DNA from: an uncultured Thermoleophilaceae bacterium | GTDB lineage: Bacteria; Actinomycetota; Thermoleophilia; Solirubrobacterales; Thermoleophilaceae | Assembly: GCA_963716215.1 (NCBI GenBank) | Contig: OY970298.1 | Span: 3,508,416 to 3,572,415 of the forward strand | DNA length: 64,000 nucleotides | Reading direction: 5' to 3' | Shown: positions 19,791 to 28,132 of the stretch, in pieces | Numbering within the stretch: the first letter of the stretch is position 1 | How the letters are laid out: every line of letters begins with the position of its first letter | Translations under genes and position numbers: made by a program | Notes under the pieces: model-generated | Told to the model about the DNA's origin: nothing | The model's database searches: none | Seen by the model: only the letters and a program-made list of their open reading frames with translations

Positions 19791-20463
19791 ACGGCAGCGC
19801 ACGAGCGTGGCCACCACGCGCAGCCCGTCCATCGCCGTGAGCTTCTTGCCCTCGGCGCTGCCACGCGCCTTGTAGTGCACCGGCAGCTCGAAGATGCGCT
19901 CGCCGTGCTGCAGCAGGCGCGCCGCGATCTCCGGCTCGATCGTGAAGCCCAGAGGCCTGCAACGGCAGTGCCTGGAAGACGTCGGTGCGGATCACCTTGT
20001 GGCAGGTCATCAGGTCGCGCAGGTAGACGTTGAAGATGATGTTCGCGATCAGGGTGACGCCGCGGTTGCCCAGCACGAACAGGAACGAGTGGCTGGTGTA
20101 GCCGTCGAAGGCGCGCACGCCGAAGACCGCGTTCGTCCGGCCCTCCACCAGCGGCGGGAGCAGGGTGCGCAGGTCGGCGGGCTCGTACTCGAGGTCGGCG
20201 TCGAAGATCGCGCTGTACTCGCCGCGCGCCTCAGCGAGGGCGGTCCGCACGGCCGCGCCCTTGCCCTGGTTGCGCTCGTGGCGCAGCAGCTTCACGTTGG
20301 CGGGCCACTGGCCGTTCGCCAGGATCTCGGAGGTCCCGTCGGTCGAGCCGTCGTCCACGATGATCAGCTCGATGTCCATCCCCACGTCGGCCGCGAGGAC
20401 GTCGCGGATCGCGCGCTCCACGGTCGCGGATTCGTTGTAGACGGGCATCAGTACCGACAGCAC
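19767..20463 (-). pseudogene. GT2 polyprenyl-phosphate sugar synthase (Dpm1/Ppm1-like), 1-nt frame disruption near 19948-19950
   Basis: N-terminus LSVLMPVYNESATVERAI...IIVDDGSTDGT...DADLEY is a classic GT2. After ...TDVFQALPLQAS the track frame turns to Arg/Ala junk. Removing one G from the GGG run restores GFTIEPEIAARLLQHGERIFELPVHYKARGSAEGKKLTAMDGLRVVATLVRCRVTPAGRA* (stop at 19767). Confidence 0.75.
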
Positions 20464-20471
20464 GGCGCGGA

Positions 20472-20477
20472 AGCATA
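20472..20477 (-). promoter_or_regulatory. -10 box candidate TATGCT, 8 nt upstream of GTG 20463 (leaderless)
   Basis: Minus-strand TAnnnT (plus strand AGCATA). Confidence 0.35.
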
Positions 20478-20507
20478 CGTTCCGCGCGCCAGATTCCTGC
20501 CGATTGC

Positions 20508-21734
20508 CTAGCCGGCCGGGCGCGCGGGTGCGAGCGGCGTGGCCGGCGCGGGCTCCGCGGTCGCCTCGTCAGGCGCCGGTTCGACCGGCGGGGCCACCAG
20601 CCGCTTGAGCCGCAGCGCCGGGCGCTCCACCACGTAGTAGCTGACCGAGGCGAGGATCAGTGAGAACGCCAGCACGTCCAGGACCTTGAGGTACGGGTGG
20701 ACGTTCGCCGCCACCTCGAGCTCCCAGCGGTCGATCTGCTGCAGCGCCGCGACGTGGTAGAGGAACAGCCCGTACGACACCAGCCCCATGTAGAGCAGCG
20801 CCCGGTTCGCCAGCACCCGCCGCACCAGCCCGCGCGTCTGGTCGCCGAAGATCGCCGGGAGCACCACGCACACGGCGATCACCACATACAGCGCCCGGCG
20901 CCCGAGCAGCTGGCCGTCGGTGATCGTCTCGCCGCTCTCTCCGCTCAGGCCGATCTGCGTGCTGACCACCCAGAAGGCCAGCAGCGCGGCCGCCCAGGCC
21001 AGCCCGGGGAAGCGGTCGAGCGGCCGGAACGGCAGCGGCGGCCGGCGGCCCTCGGTCGCGACGCTCGCCACCGCGAGCGCCATCCCGGCGCCGAAGTGGT
21101 CCATGAACGTCGGCAGCGCCCGCAGCAGCGGGGTGTAGGTGCCCGACTCGACCTGCGCGAGGACGATCGCGTTGTAGGCCACTCCCCCGGCAATCAGGCC
21201 GAAGACCGCGAGCCACTCGAAGCGCAGTCGGGCGCGACGGTCGCGGCCCGGCACCCGCCGCATCGCGAACGCGTACAGCGGGAGCATGATGTAGAAGCCG
21301 ACCTCGACGCACAGCGACCAGGCCTGGGGCAGTCCGCCGAACAGAGCCCCGCGCTCGTAGATCTGCCCGAACAGGTAGTAGCGCAGGACCCCCGAGCCGC
21401 CGAACACGCCCGGCAGGCCAAGCCACAAGGCAATCACCGTGAGCGCCACCCAGTAGCCCGGCACGATGCGCAGGAAGCGTCGCCAGGCGTAAACCCGCAG
21501 GGGGATCCAGCGCCGCTGGTGGACGCGGGCCGCCACGAACGGCCGGTAGAGCAGGAAGCCGGAGATCACGAAGAAGATCGAGACGCCCACGCTCAGCTGC
21601 GCCGCGTAGGGTCGGATCGCTGGGTCCCCGGCGGTGGGCACGACCGTGCCCAGCACGTGGTAGGCCAGCACCAGCAGCACCGCGATCGCCCGCAGCGAGT
21701 CGAACAGCGGGAAGCGCACCGCGCGCTCGTTCAC
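20508..21734 (-). CDS. acyltransferase family 3 (AT3) membrane O-acyltransferase
   Basis: 408 aa from the GTG at 21734 (VNERAVRFPLFDSLRAIAVLLVLAYHV...FFVISGFLLYRPF...RRFLRIVPGYW). GTGA overlaps the upstream stop. Confidence 0.85.
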   Translation of the reverse strand: MNERAVRFPLFDSLRAIAVLLVLAYHVLGTVVPTAGDPAIRPYAAQLSVGVSIFFVISGFLLYRPFVAARVHQRRWIPLRVYAWRRFLRIVPGYWVALTVIALWLGLPGVFGGSGVLRYYLFGQIYERGALFGGLPQAWSLCVEVGFYIMLPLYAFAMRRVPGRDRRARLRFEWLAVFGLIAGGVAYNAIVLAQVESGTYTPLLRALPTFMDHFGAGMALAVASVATEGRRPPLPFRPLDRFPGLAWAAALLAFWVVSTQIGLSGESGETITDGQLLGRRALYVVIAVCVVLPAIFGDQTRGLVRRVLANRALLYMGLVSYGLFLYHVAALQQIDRWELEVAANVHPYLKVLDVLAFSLILASVSYYVVERPALRLKRLVAPPVEPAPDEATAEPAPATPLAPARPAG

Positions 21735-22990
21735 GGCGACCCCGTGAGCATGACGTCCTTGGGGCGGGCGGAGGCCCCGCCGCGGCGCTGCCTCAGCGCG
21801 TCCAGCGCAGCGCCCAGCGCCACTGCCGCGAGCAGCACGATCGGGATCTCGGCGGCCTGCCGGAAGCGCGGCGTGCCGTAGCCGATCGCGCTCGTGATCG
21901 TCACGACCACGATCGGCGCGAGCAGGATCCAGAGCGGTCCGGAGCGGCGTGCGACCAGCAGTGCGCCCGCCACGGCCAGCGCGGCGGCAATCGCGAAGCT
22001 CGCCACCGTCAGCCACTCCACCCACTTCGGGGACCCGCGCAGGAAGTGGTTGAGGTCCACCTGCTCGCGCGCGCCGTAGATGCTCCACGTGCGCCCGACG
22101 CGGGCGGCCACCACCTTCGGCAGCTCACCGGCGTGGTCGCGCGCGTAGCGCAGACCGTCGTCGCGCCAGCGCTCCGCCACCACCGCCTCGTTGGCATTCG
22201 GGCCGACCTTCCCTTCGAGGCAGCCGATGTCCCACTGACCGAGCAGCCGGCCGTAGGTGCTGTCGCAGTTTGCGCCGGCCAGCACGGAGGCGTCGTTGGT
22301 GGAGATCAGCACGGGCCGGTCGAACGCGATCCAGTTGCGCACCGTCCACGGCAGCACCACCAGCGCGGCCCCGACGCACACGAGCGCGGCGCGCTGCCAG
22401 CTGCGTTGGGGCCGGCGCAGCGCCAGCGGCACCGCGAGCAGCGGCACCAGCAGCAGCGCCTCGCCGCGGCCGAGCGCGGCCAGTCCGGTTGCCGCGCCCA
22501 GGGCCAGCGCCCGCCCGCCCGAGGGTCGCTCCCAGGCCCAGAGCGCGGCGAGCAGGACCAGGGCGATGGCGGCCCCGTAGGCGGACTCGCTGTACAGCAG
22601 GGAGTCGTTGGCGATCAGCGGCAGGTAGATGGCCGCAACGGCGGCGGCGATCAGGCCGACGCGCGCCCCGGCCAGGCGCCGCCCGGCGAGGCCGATCAGG
22701 ACGACCGTCAGACCGCCCAGGGCGCACCCCGCGATCTGGTGGGCGTCCTTGGTGGTCAGCCCGACGAACGACACGATCGACAGCAGCAGCGGGAACAGCG
22801 GCGGATGCGCCGCGGTCGGCACGCCCAGGAAGGGATCCTGGAAGCCGTCGCCGTCCGCGATCCGGTTGGCCACCTCGTGGTAAAAGGTCGCGTCGCCGAA
22901 CGGCTCCTCGAGCGAGAGGCCGTAGACCACCCGGAGGGCGAACGCCAGGCACGCCAGGGCCGCGAGCTTCACGGGGAAGGCGGAGGTCAC
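21731..22990 (-). CDS. ArnT/PMT-like GT-C glycosyltransferase, type B copy 1
   Basis: 419 aa from the GTG at 22990. First-loop motif GDATFYHEVANRIADGDGF, then GLAALGRGEALLLVPLL and PWTVRNWIAFDRPVLISTN. Paralogs at 24405 and 43721. Confidence 0.8.
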   Translation of the reverse strand: MTSAFPVKLAALACLAFALRVVYGLSLEEPFGDATFYHEVANRIADGDGFQDPFLGVPTAAHPPLFPLLLSIVSFVGLTTKDAHQIAGCALGGLTVVLIGLAGRRLAGARVGLIAAAVAAIYLPLIANDSLLYSESAYGAAIALVLLAALWAWERPSGGRALALGAATGLAALGRGEALLLVPLLAVPLALRRPQRSWQRAALVCVGAALVVLPWTVRNWIAFDRPVLISTNDASVLAGANCDSTYGRLLGQWDIGCLEGKVGPNANEAVVAERWRDDGLRYARDHAGELPKVVAARVGRTWSIYGAREQVDLNHFLRGSPKWVEWLTVASFAIAAALAVAGALLVARRSGPLWILLAPIVVVTITSAIGYGTPRFRQAAEIPIVLLAAVALGAALDALRQRRGGASARPKDVMLTGSP

Positions 22991-24333
22991 GGGGCGAGCT
23001 CCTCCGACCGCAGGCGCCACAGGCGGGCGAGCAGCGGCGCCGCGACCAGGATCATCAGCGGCTCGAGCGCTGCCCGGTAGCGGTAGTTGCCGTAGTAGAC
23101 GAAGCCGTACATGAACAGAGCACCCGCGAACAGCACCAGCACACCGCGAATCACGCGATTGCGCCACAACTGGCGGCCGAGGATCACCAGCGAGCCGATC
23201 GTCGCCAGCAGCAGGGTGTAGTAGCCGAAGTCCGCGAGGACCCGAATCGGAGTGGCCGCCTTGGCCTCGAATGGCCGCTCGCCCGGCTTGCCGGCGTTGA
23301 CCCACTCGAGCGCCCACGAATCGCCCCGGTTGAGGTTCATCAGCTTGAGTGGGATCAGCTCCAGCTCGCGCAGGGGATGGCTGGTCATGTAGTCGAGCGC
23401 CTCCCTGCGCAGCAGCCTGCTCTCCTCCACCTCGCGCGCCACGCCGCTGCTCGGAACCTGGCTCAGCAGTGACTCGGGCGCGTAGATCTGCGCCCCCGTC
23501 GCGTCGGGGTTGTGGCCCGACCAGAGCGTCGTGCTCGCGTTCGTCGAGAGCGGCACGAAGGTGTCCAGCGCGCGCGTGTTGCGAACCGACCAGGGCGCGA
23601 CCACCAGCAGCGCCACGGCCACAAGGGCGAGCCCGCTGGCCAGCCACCGGCGGCGCGGGAGCTCCGGCCACCAGACCGCGAGCGCGGCCGGGATCAGCAG
23701 CACCCCCTCCCCGCGCGTGAGCATCGCCAGGCCGATCGCGACGCCCAGGGCGGCGACCGCCCACGGCCGGCGCGGTAGCCACGCGACAAGCGCGAAGAAG
23801 CCGACCAGCATGAACGCGTAGAGCGTCTCGGACAGCAGCACGTCGGTCCAGAGGATCGACCCGGGCAGGATCGCAAGGAAGCCCGCTGCGATCGTCGCCG
23901 TGAGGCGGTCGAACAGCCGGCGCGCGAGCAGGTAGAGGAGCGCCACCGTCAGCGCGCCGAGCACCGCGTTGAGCAGCTCGCCGGCCAGCGGGTCGGGGCC
24001 GGTTACGCGATACACCAGCGAGAGCAGGAACGGAAAGACGGGTGGCCACTGGGCGGTCGGCACGCCCGGGTTGGACGCGAACCCGTAACCGCTGGCCAAC
24101 AGGTCGGCGGTGCGGTGGTAGAAGAAGGCGTCGTTGAACAGCCCGCGACCGATCAGGTCCTGGGCGACCGCGTCCGAGAGCAGACCCCCGGACGGGAGCG
24201 CGGGGCGGTCCACCGCGAGCACGAAGGCCACCCGCAGCAGCAACGCGAGCCCGCCCAGGACGGCTGCGCGGCGAACGTCGGAGGAGCGCAGCGCCTCGCG
24301 GGCCTTTGGCGTCGAAGGAGCGGCGGCGCGCAT
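22987..24333 (-). CDS. ArnT/PMT-like GT-C glycosyltransferase, type A copy 1
   Basis: 448-aa ORF with NDAFFYHRTADLLASGYGFA, PGVPTAQWPPVFP, LTRGEGVLLIP, RELELIPLKLMNLNRGDSWALEWVNA and YYGNYRYR. Close paralog at 25574..26863. Confidence 0.8.
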   Translation of the reverse strand: MRAAAPSTPKAREALRSSDVRRAAVLGGLALLLRVAFVLAVDRPALPSGGLLSDAVAQDLIGRGLFNDAFFYHRTADLLASGYGFASNPGVPTAQWPPVFPFLLSLVYRVTGPDPLAGELLNAVLGALTVALLYLLARRLFDRLTATIAAGFLAILPGSILWTDVLLSETLYAFMLVGFFALVAWLPRRPWAVAALGVAIGLAMLTRGEGVLLIPAALAVWWPELPRRRWLASGLALVAVALLVVAPWSVRNTRALDTFVPLSTNASTTLWSGHNPDATGAQIYAPESLLSQVPSSGVAREVEESRLLRREALDYMTSHPLRELELIPLKLMNLNRGDSWALEWVNAGKPGERPFEAKAATPIRVLADFGYYTLLLATIGSLVILGRQLWRNRVIRGVLVLFAGALFMYGFVYYGNYRYRAALEPLMILVAAPLLARLWRLRSEELAP

Positions 24334-24345
24334 CGGGCTCGTTCC

Positions 24346-24351
24346 ACGCTA
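24346..24351 (-). promoter_or_regulatory. -10 box candidate TAGCGT, 12 nt upstream of ATG 24333
   Basis: Minus-strand TAnnnT. The spacing is slightly longer than at the other sites, so a short leader is possible. Confidence 0.25.
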
Positions 24352-24404
24352 CCGGATGGGCAGGCCGCGGGAACCCGATCCGGTGCCTGGGGAAATCGTC
24401 AAGA

Positions 24405-25706
24405 ATGGCGCGAGTGCCGCCGCCCCCGCAAGGCTTTCGAGCCCGTCTCGCCGCGATCGCCGGCGCCGCGCTGGTCATACGCGTCCTGTACACGGTCCTG
24501 ATCGGGCAGGACACCCCCGGCGTCGGCGATTTCTTCTACTACCACGGCATCGCCAACGGGCTCGCCGCCGGGCGCGGGTTCGTCGACCCGTTCGTATCGA
24601 CCGACGCCGCGCCCTATCCGAGCGCCCTCCATCCCCCGCTCTGGCCGCTGGCGCTCGCCGCGGCCTCGAAGCTGGGCGCCACCACGCTGCTGGCCCATCG
24701 CCTCGTCGGCTGCCTGATCGGCGCCGCGGTCGTGGCCGTGGTCGGGCTGCTCGGGCGGCAGGTGGCCGGCGAGCGCGTGGGGCTGATCGCCGCCGCGATC
24801 GCGGCCGTCTACCCCACCCTGGTCGCCGCCGACGGCTCCCTGATGAGCGAGACGCTGTACGGGCTCTGGGTGGCCATAGCGCTGCTGCTTGCCTACCGGC
24901 TGCTGCAACGACCTGGCGTCGGCCTCGCCGCCGTGCTGGGCGCGGTGATCGGGCTCGCCGCCCTGACCCGCGGGGAGGCGGTGCTGTTCGTGCCGCTGCT
25001 GGCGATCCCAATCGCCTGGCGCGGCGGGCGCGCAGGGCGGCTGACGCGGATCGCGGCGACGGTGGCCGCGACGGCGCTGGTGATCGCTCCCTGGACGGTG
25101 CGCAACTGGATCGAGCTCGACCGCCCGATTCTGATCTCCACCAACGAGAGCACCCTCGTCGCCGGCGCCAACTGCGACCCCGCCTATTCCGGACCGGACA
25201 TCGGCTTCTGGCGCCTCGACTGCATCTCGGAGCGAGCGCCGGGCCTGAACGAGGCCGAGCAGGCCGAGATCTGGCGGCGCGAGGGCCGCAGCTACGCCGA
25301 GGACCATGCCGGCCGGCTGCTGGCGGTGGTCGTGCCGGTGCGCCTGCTGCGCACGTGGGACCTCTACCAGACCCGGCGCCAGGCCAGGTTCGCCGAGGGG
25401 CGCGCGCTGCGAGTGACGCAGGCCGGCGTGGCCGTCTACTTCGTGCTGCTGGCGCTGGCGGTCTGGGGCGTGGTGCTGCTGCGCCGCCGGCGTGCTCCGC
25501 TGCTGATACTGCTGGCGCCGTTCGTGGTGGTGTGCGTCTCGAGCGCGGCCGGCTTCGGCCTGCCGCGATTCCGTCAGGCGGCGGAGATCTCCATCGTCGT
25601 GCTCGCCGCCGTGGCCGTGTCCGGGCTGCTGGCCCGCAGGTCCCAGGCGCGCACCAGCAACGGCGCGGCGAACAAGATCATGAGCGGCTCCAGCGGCACG
25701 CGGTAG
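24405..25706 (+). CDS. ArnT/PMT-like GT-C glycosyltransferase, type B copy 2
   Basis: ATG 24405 (MARVPPPPQGFRARLAAIAGAALVIRVLY...) with a GGGGAAA SD. Motifs GDFFYYHGIANGLAAGRGF, GLAALTRGEAVLFVPLL, PWTVRNWIELDRPILISTN. Confidence 0.8.
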   Translation: MARVPPPPQGFRARLAAIAGAALVIRVLYTVLIGQDTPGVGDFFYYHGIANGLAAGRGFVDPFVSTDAAPYPSALHPPLWPLALAAASKLGATTLLAHRLVGCLIGAAVVAVVGLLGRQVAGERVGLIAAAIAAVYPTLVAADGSLMSETLYGLWVAIALLLAYRLLQRPGVGLAAVLGAVIGLAALTRGEAVLFVPLLAIPIAWRGGRAGRLTRIAATVAATALVIAPWTVRNWIELDRPILISTNESTLVAGANCDPAYSGPDIGFWRLDCISERAPGLNEAEQAEIWRREGRSYAEDHAGRLLAVVVPVRLLRTWDLYQTRRQARFAEGRALRVTQAGVAVYFVLLALAVWGVVLLRRRRAPLLILLAPFVVVCVSSAAGFGLPRFRQAAEISIVVLAAVAVSGLLARRSQARTSNGAANKIMSGSSGTR

Positions 25707-26863
25707 CGGTAGTTGCCGTAGTAGACGAAGCCGAACATGACCAGGGAGCCCGCGAACAGCACGAGCGCGCCGCGCGTGACCGGGCGGCGCCAGAGCGCGC
25801 GCCAGAACAGCAGGATCGAGGCCAGCGTCGCCGCCAGCAGCCCGTAGTAGGCGAAGTCCGCCGCCACCCGGATCGGGGTGCCGATCTCGGCGCCGATCGG
25901 TCGCCTCCCGGACTCGCTGGCGTTGACCCACTCGAGCGCCCAGGAGTCGCCGCGGTTGAGGTTGAGCAGCTTGAGCGGGATCAGCTCGAGCTCGCGGCGC
26001 GGGTTGGAGACCATGTACTCGAGCGCCTCGGAGCGCAGGTTCTTCGCCTCCTCGACCTCCGGGTTGTCGCTCGACCGGCGCCCGATCAGATCCTGGCTGG
26101 CGTAGCTCTGCCCGCCGGTGGCGCCGGGGTTGTGGCCGGACCACAGCGTGGTGCTCGAGTTCGTCGAGAGCGGGATGAACGCGTCCATCACGATCGCGTT
26201 GCGGATCGTCCACGGCGCGATCACGACGGCGAGCATGGCCACCACCACGGCGGCCCGGGCCAGCAGCGCGCGGCGCGGCAGCGCCGGCCACCACGCCGCC
26301 AGCACGACCGGCACCAGCAGCAGCCCCTCGCCGCGCGTGAGCGTGAGCAGGCCGATGGCCGCGCCCAGCGCCACCGCGGAGGAGGGCCGTGGCGGCAGTA
26401 CGGCGAGCAGCAGGAAGAACCCCACCAGCAGGAACGTGTAGAGCGTCTCCGCCAGCAGCACGTCGGTCCAGAGGATCTGGCCCGGCAGCACGGCGAGCAC
26501 GGCGGCCCCGACCAGCGCCTCGCGGCGGCCGAAGACCCTCCGGATGAGCAGGTACAGGAGCGGGACGGTGAGCGTGCCCAGCACCGCGTTGAAGAGCTCA
26601 CCAACTATCTGCTCGTGCGAGCCGGTGAGGCGGAACACGAACGAGAGCACCAGCGGGAACACCGGCGGCCACTGCGCGGTCGGCACACCGGGCACGAAGG
26701 CGAAGCCGTCGCCGTTGGCAAGCGAGTTGGCGGTCAGGCCGTAGAAGAAGGTGTCGTTGAAGACGAACTCGTCGCGCTCCACGGCGAGCACGAGCGCGAG
26801 GCGGAGGGCCAGCGCGAGCCCGCTCAGCAACGCCACCAGGCGCACTTCCTTCGAGCGCCACAT
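25574..26863 (-). CDS. ArnT/PMT-like GT-C glycosyltransferase, type A copy 2
   Basis: 429 aa from the ATG at 26863 (MWRSKEVRLVALLSGLALALRL...). Shares NDTFFYGLTANSLANGDGFA, PGVPTAQWPPVFP, LTRGEGLLLVP, RELELIPLKLLNLNRGDSWALEWVNA and YYGNYRYR with copy 1. Confidence 0.8.
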   Translation of the reverse strand: MWRSKEVRLVALLSGLALALRLALVLAVERDEFVFNDTFFYGLTANSLANGDGFAFVPGVPTAQWPPVFPLVLSFVFRLTGSHEQIVGELFNAVLGTLTVPLLYLLIRRVFGRREALVGAAVLAVLPGQILWTDVLLAETLYTFLLVGFFLLLAVLPPRPSSAVALGAAIGLLTLTRGEGLLLVPVVLAAWWPALPRRALLARAAVVVAMLAVVIAPWTIRNAIVMDAFIPLSTNSSTTLWSGHNPGATGGQSYASQDLIGRRSSDNPEVEEAKNLRSEALEYMVSNPRRELELIPLKLLNLNRGDSWALEWVNASESGRRPIGAEIGTPIRVAADFAYYGLLAATLASILLFWRALWRRPVTRGALVLFAGSLVMFGFVYYGNYRYRVPLEPLMILFAAPLLVRAWDLRASSPDTATAASTTMEISAA

Positions 26864-26868
26864 AACCC

Positions 26869-28089
26869 CTACTCTGCTGCCGCGGCGACCGCGGGGGGCG
26901 TGGCCTGGCGCCGTCGCGAGCCGAGCTCCAGGCGCCCGAGCGGACGCTCGATCAGAACGTAGCTCAGCGCCCCGAACACCATTGCGATGGCCAGCGTGAC
27001 GACCGGCCACGCGACGTAGGAGACGATGCCAGAGGGGGGATCGAAGCCCCAGTCCTTGAGCTGCTCGATCACGGAGAGGTGGTAGAGCAGGATGCCGTAG
27101 GAGATCAGCGAGATGAAGATCAGGGGGCGGTTGTTCAGGAGCCGCCTGGTCACGCCGTGGCGCGCGTCGCCGATGGCGAAGGGCAGGAAGATGAACAGGG
27201 CGATCAGCAGGTTGAGCGTGTGCTCGGCGAAGTACTGGAGGTGGTCGTCGGGGTTGGGGTAGGGGCCGGTGAGGCCGATCTGGGTGCTCACGAACCAGAA
27301 GCTCACCAGCGCGATCGCCAGCCCGAGCGACGGCCAGCGGGCGAACGCCTGGAACGCGCCCGGCAGCGGCGCCTCCCCGGGCTCGGGCCGCGCGCCCGTC
27401 CAGCGCTTGCCGAACCACACGCTGAGTACGGCCAGCGCCATGCCGGGCGCGAGCCAGTCGAAGTAGGCGAACAGGAAGTAGCTGATCCCGTATTCGCCAC
27501 GCAGGCCGGCCAGGTCCACCACGATCCGGTAGACGACGGTGAACGCGATCAGCGCACCGCAGCCCCAGAGCTCGGCCCTGAAGCGCCCCGCCCGGTCGGC
27601 CCCGAAGCGCCGCATGAAAGCGGCGTAGAGCGGCACGAACACGTAGAAGGCGACGAGGATGCAGAGGAACCAGGCGATTGCGATGCCGCCCAGCACCGTC
27701 TCGGGCGAGTAGACCTGCCCGAACAGGTAGTAGGTGGGGATCCCGCGCGCCGTGAAGACCCCCACGCCGGCAGTGGTGATCCACAGCCCTGTGATCGTGA
27801 GCGCCACCCAGTAGGGCGGCACCACCCGCAGGAAGCGGTTGCGCGCGTAGCGCTTGAGGTCCGGCGGCGGCCGGTCGTCGAGCCGCGAGCGCGCGTACGG
27901 CCGGTAGATCAGGAAGGCCGACAGCATCATGAAGACCGCGATCGTGAACTCGAAGCGCGTCGTGTAGGGGTGCAGCGTCGCGCTCTGGTGGGCGCCAGAC
28001 GGCCCGAACGTGTGCGCGAGCAGGATCGCGAGCGTCGTCAGCGCCCGCAGGGAGTCGATCAGGGGAAGGCGCCCGGCGGCCGAGCTCAT
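26869..28089 (-). CDS. acyltransferase family 3 (AT3) membrane O-acyltransferase
   Basis: 406-aa ORF with RLPLIDSLRALTTLAILLAH..., LSAFLIYRPY, RFLRVVPPYW and a YGILLYH motif near the C-terminus. Confidence 0.85.
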   Translation of the reverse strand: MSSAAGRLPLIDSLRALTTLAILLAHTFGPSGAHQSATLHPYTTRFEFTIAVFMMLSAFLIYRPYARSRLDDRPPPDLKRYARNRFLRVVPPYWVALTITGLWITTAGVGVFTARGIPTYYLFGQVYSPETVLGGIAIAWFLCILVAFYVFVPLYAAFMRRFGADRAGRFRAELWGCGALIAFTVVYRIVVDLAGLRGEYGISYFLFAYFDWLAPGMALAVLSVWFGKRWTGARPEPGEAPLPGAFQAFARWPSLGLAIALVSFWFVSTQIGLTGPYPNPDDHLQYFAEHTLNLLIALFIFLPFAIGDARHGVTRRLLNNRPLIFISLISYGILLYHLSVIEQLKDWGFDPPSGIVSYVAWPVVTLAIAMVFGALSYVLIERPLGRLELGSRRRQATPPAVAAAAE

Positions 28090-28097
28090 CCCGGCCG

Positions 28098-28103
28098 AGA
28101 GTA
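28098..28103 (-). promoter_or_regulatory. -10 box candidate TACTCT, 8 nt upstream of ATG 28089 (leaderless)
   Basis: Minus-strand TAnnnT (plus strand AGAGTA). Confidence 0.35.
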
Positions 28104-28132
28104 CCAGCGGTTTGCTCGCCGGGAGCGGGTAG

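Noticed and set aside
19577-19840. 87-aa ORF inside the 277-bp non-coding insert
   Set aside because: It is Pro/Gly/Arg-rich with no coding-type periodicity that I can see. It runs into the GT2 3' end on the wrong strand and has no start context.
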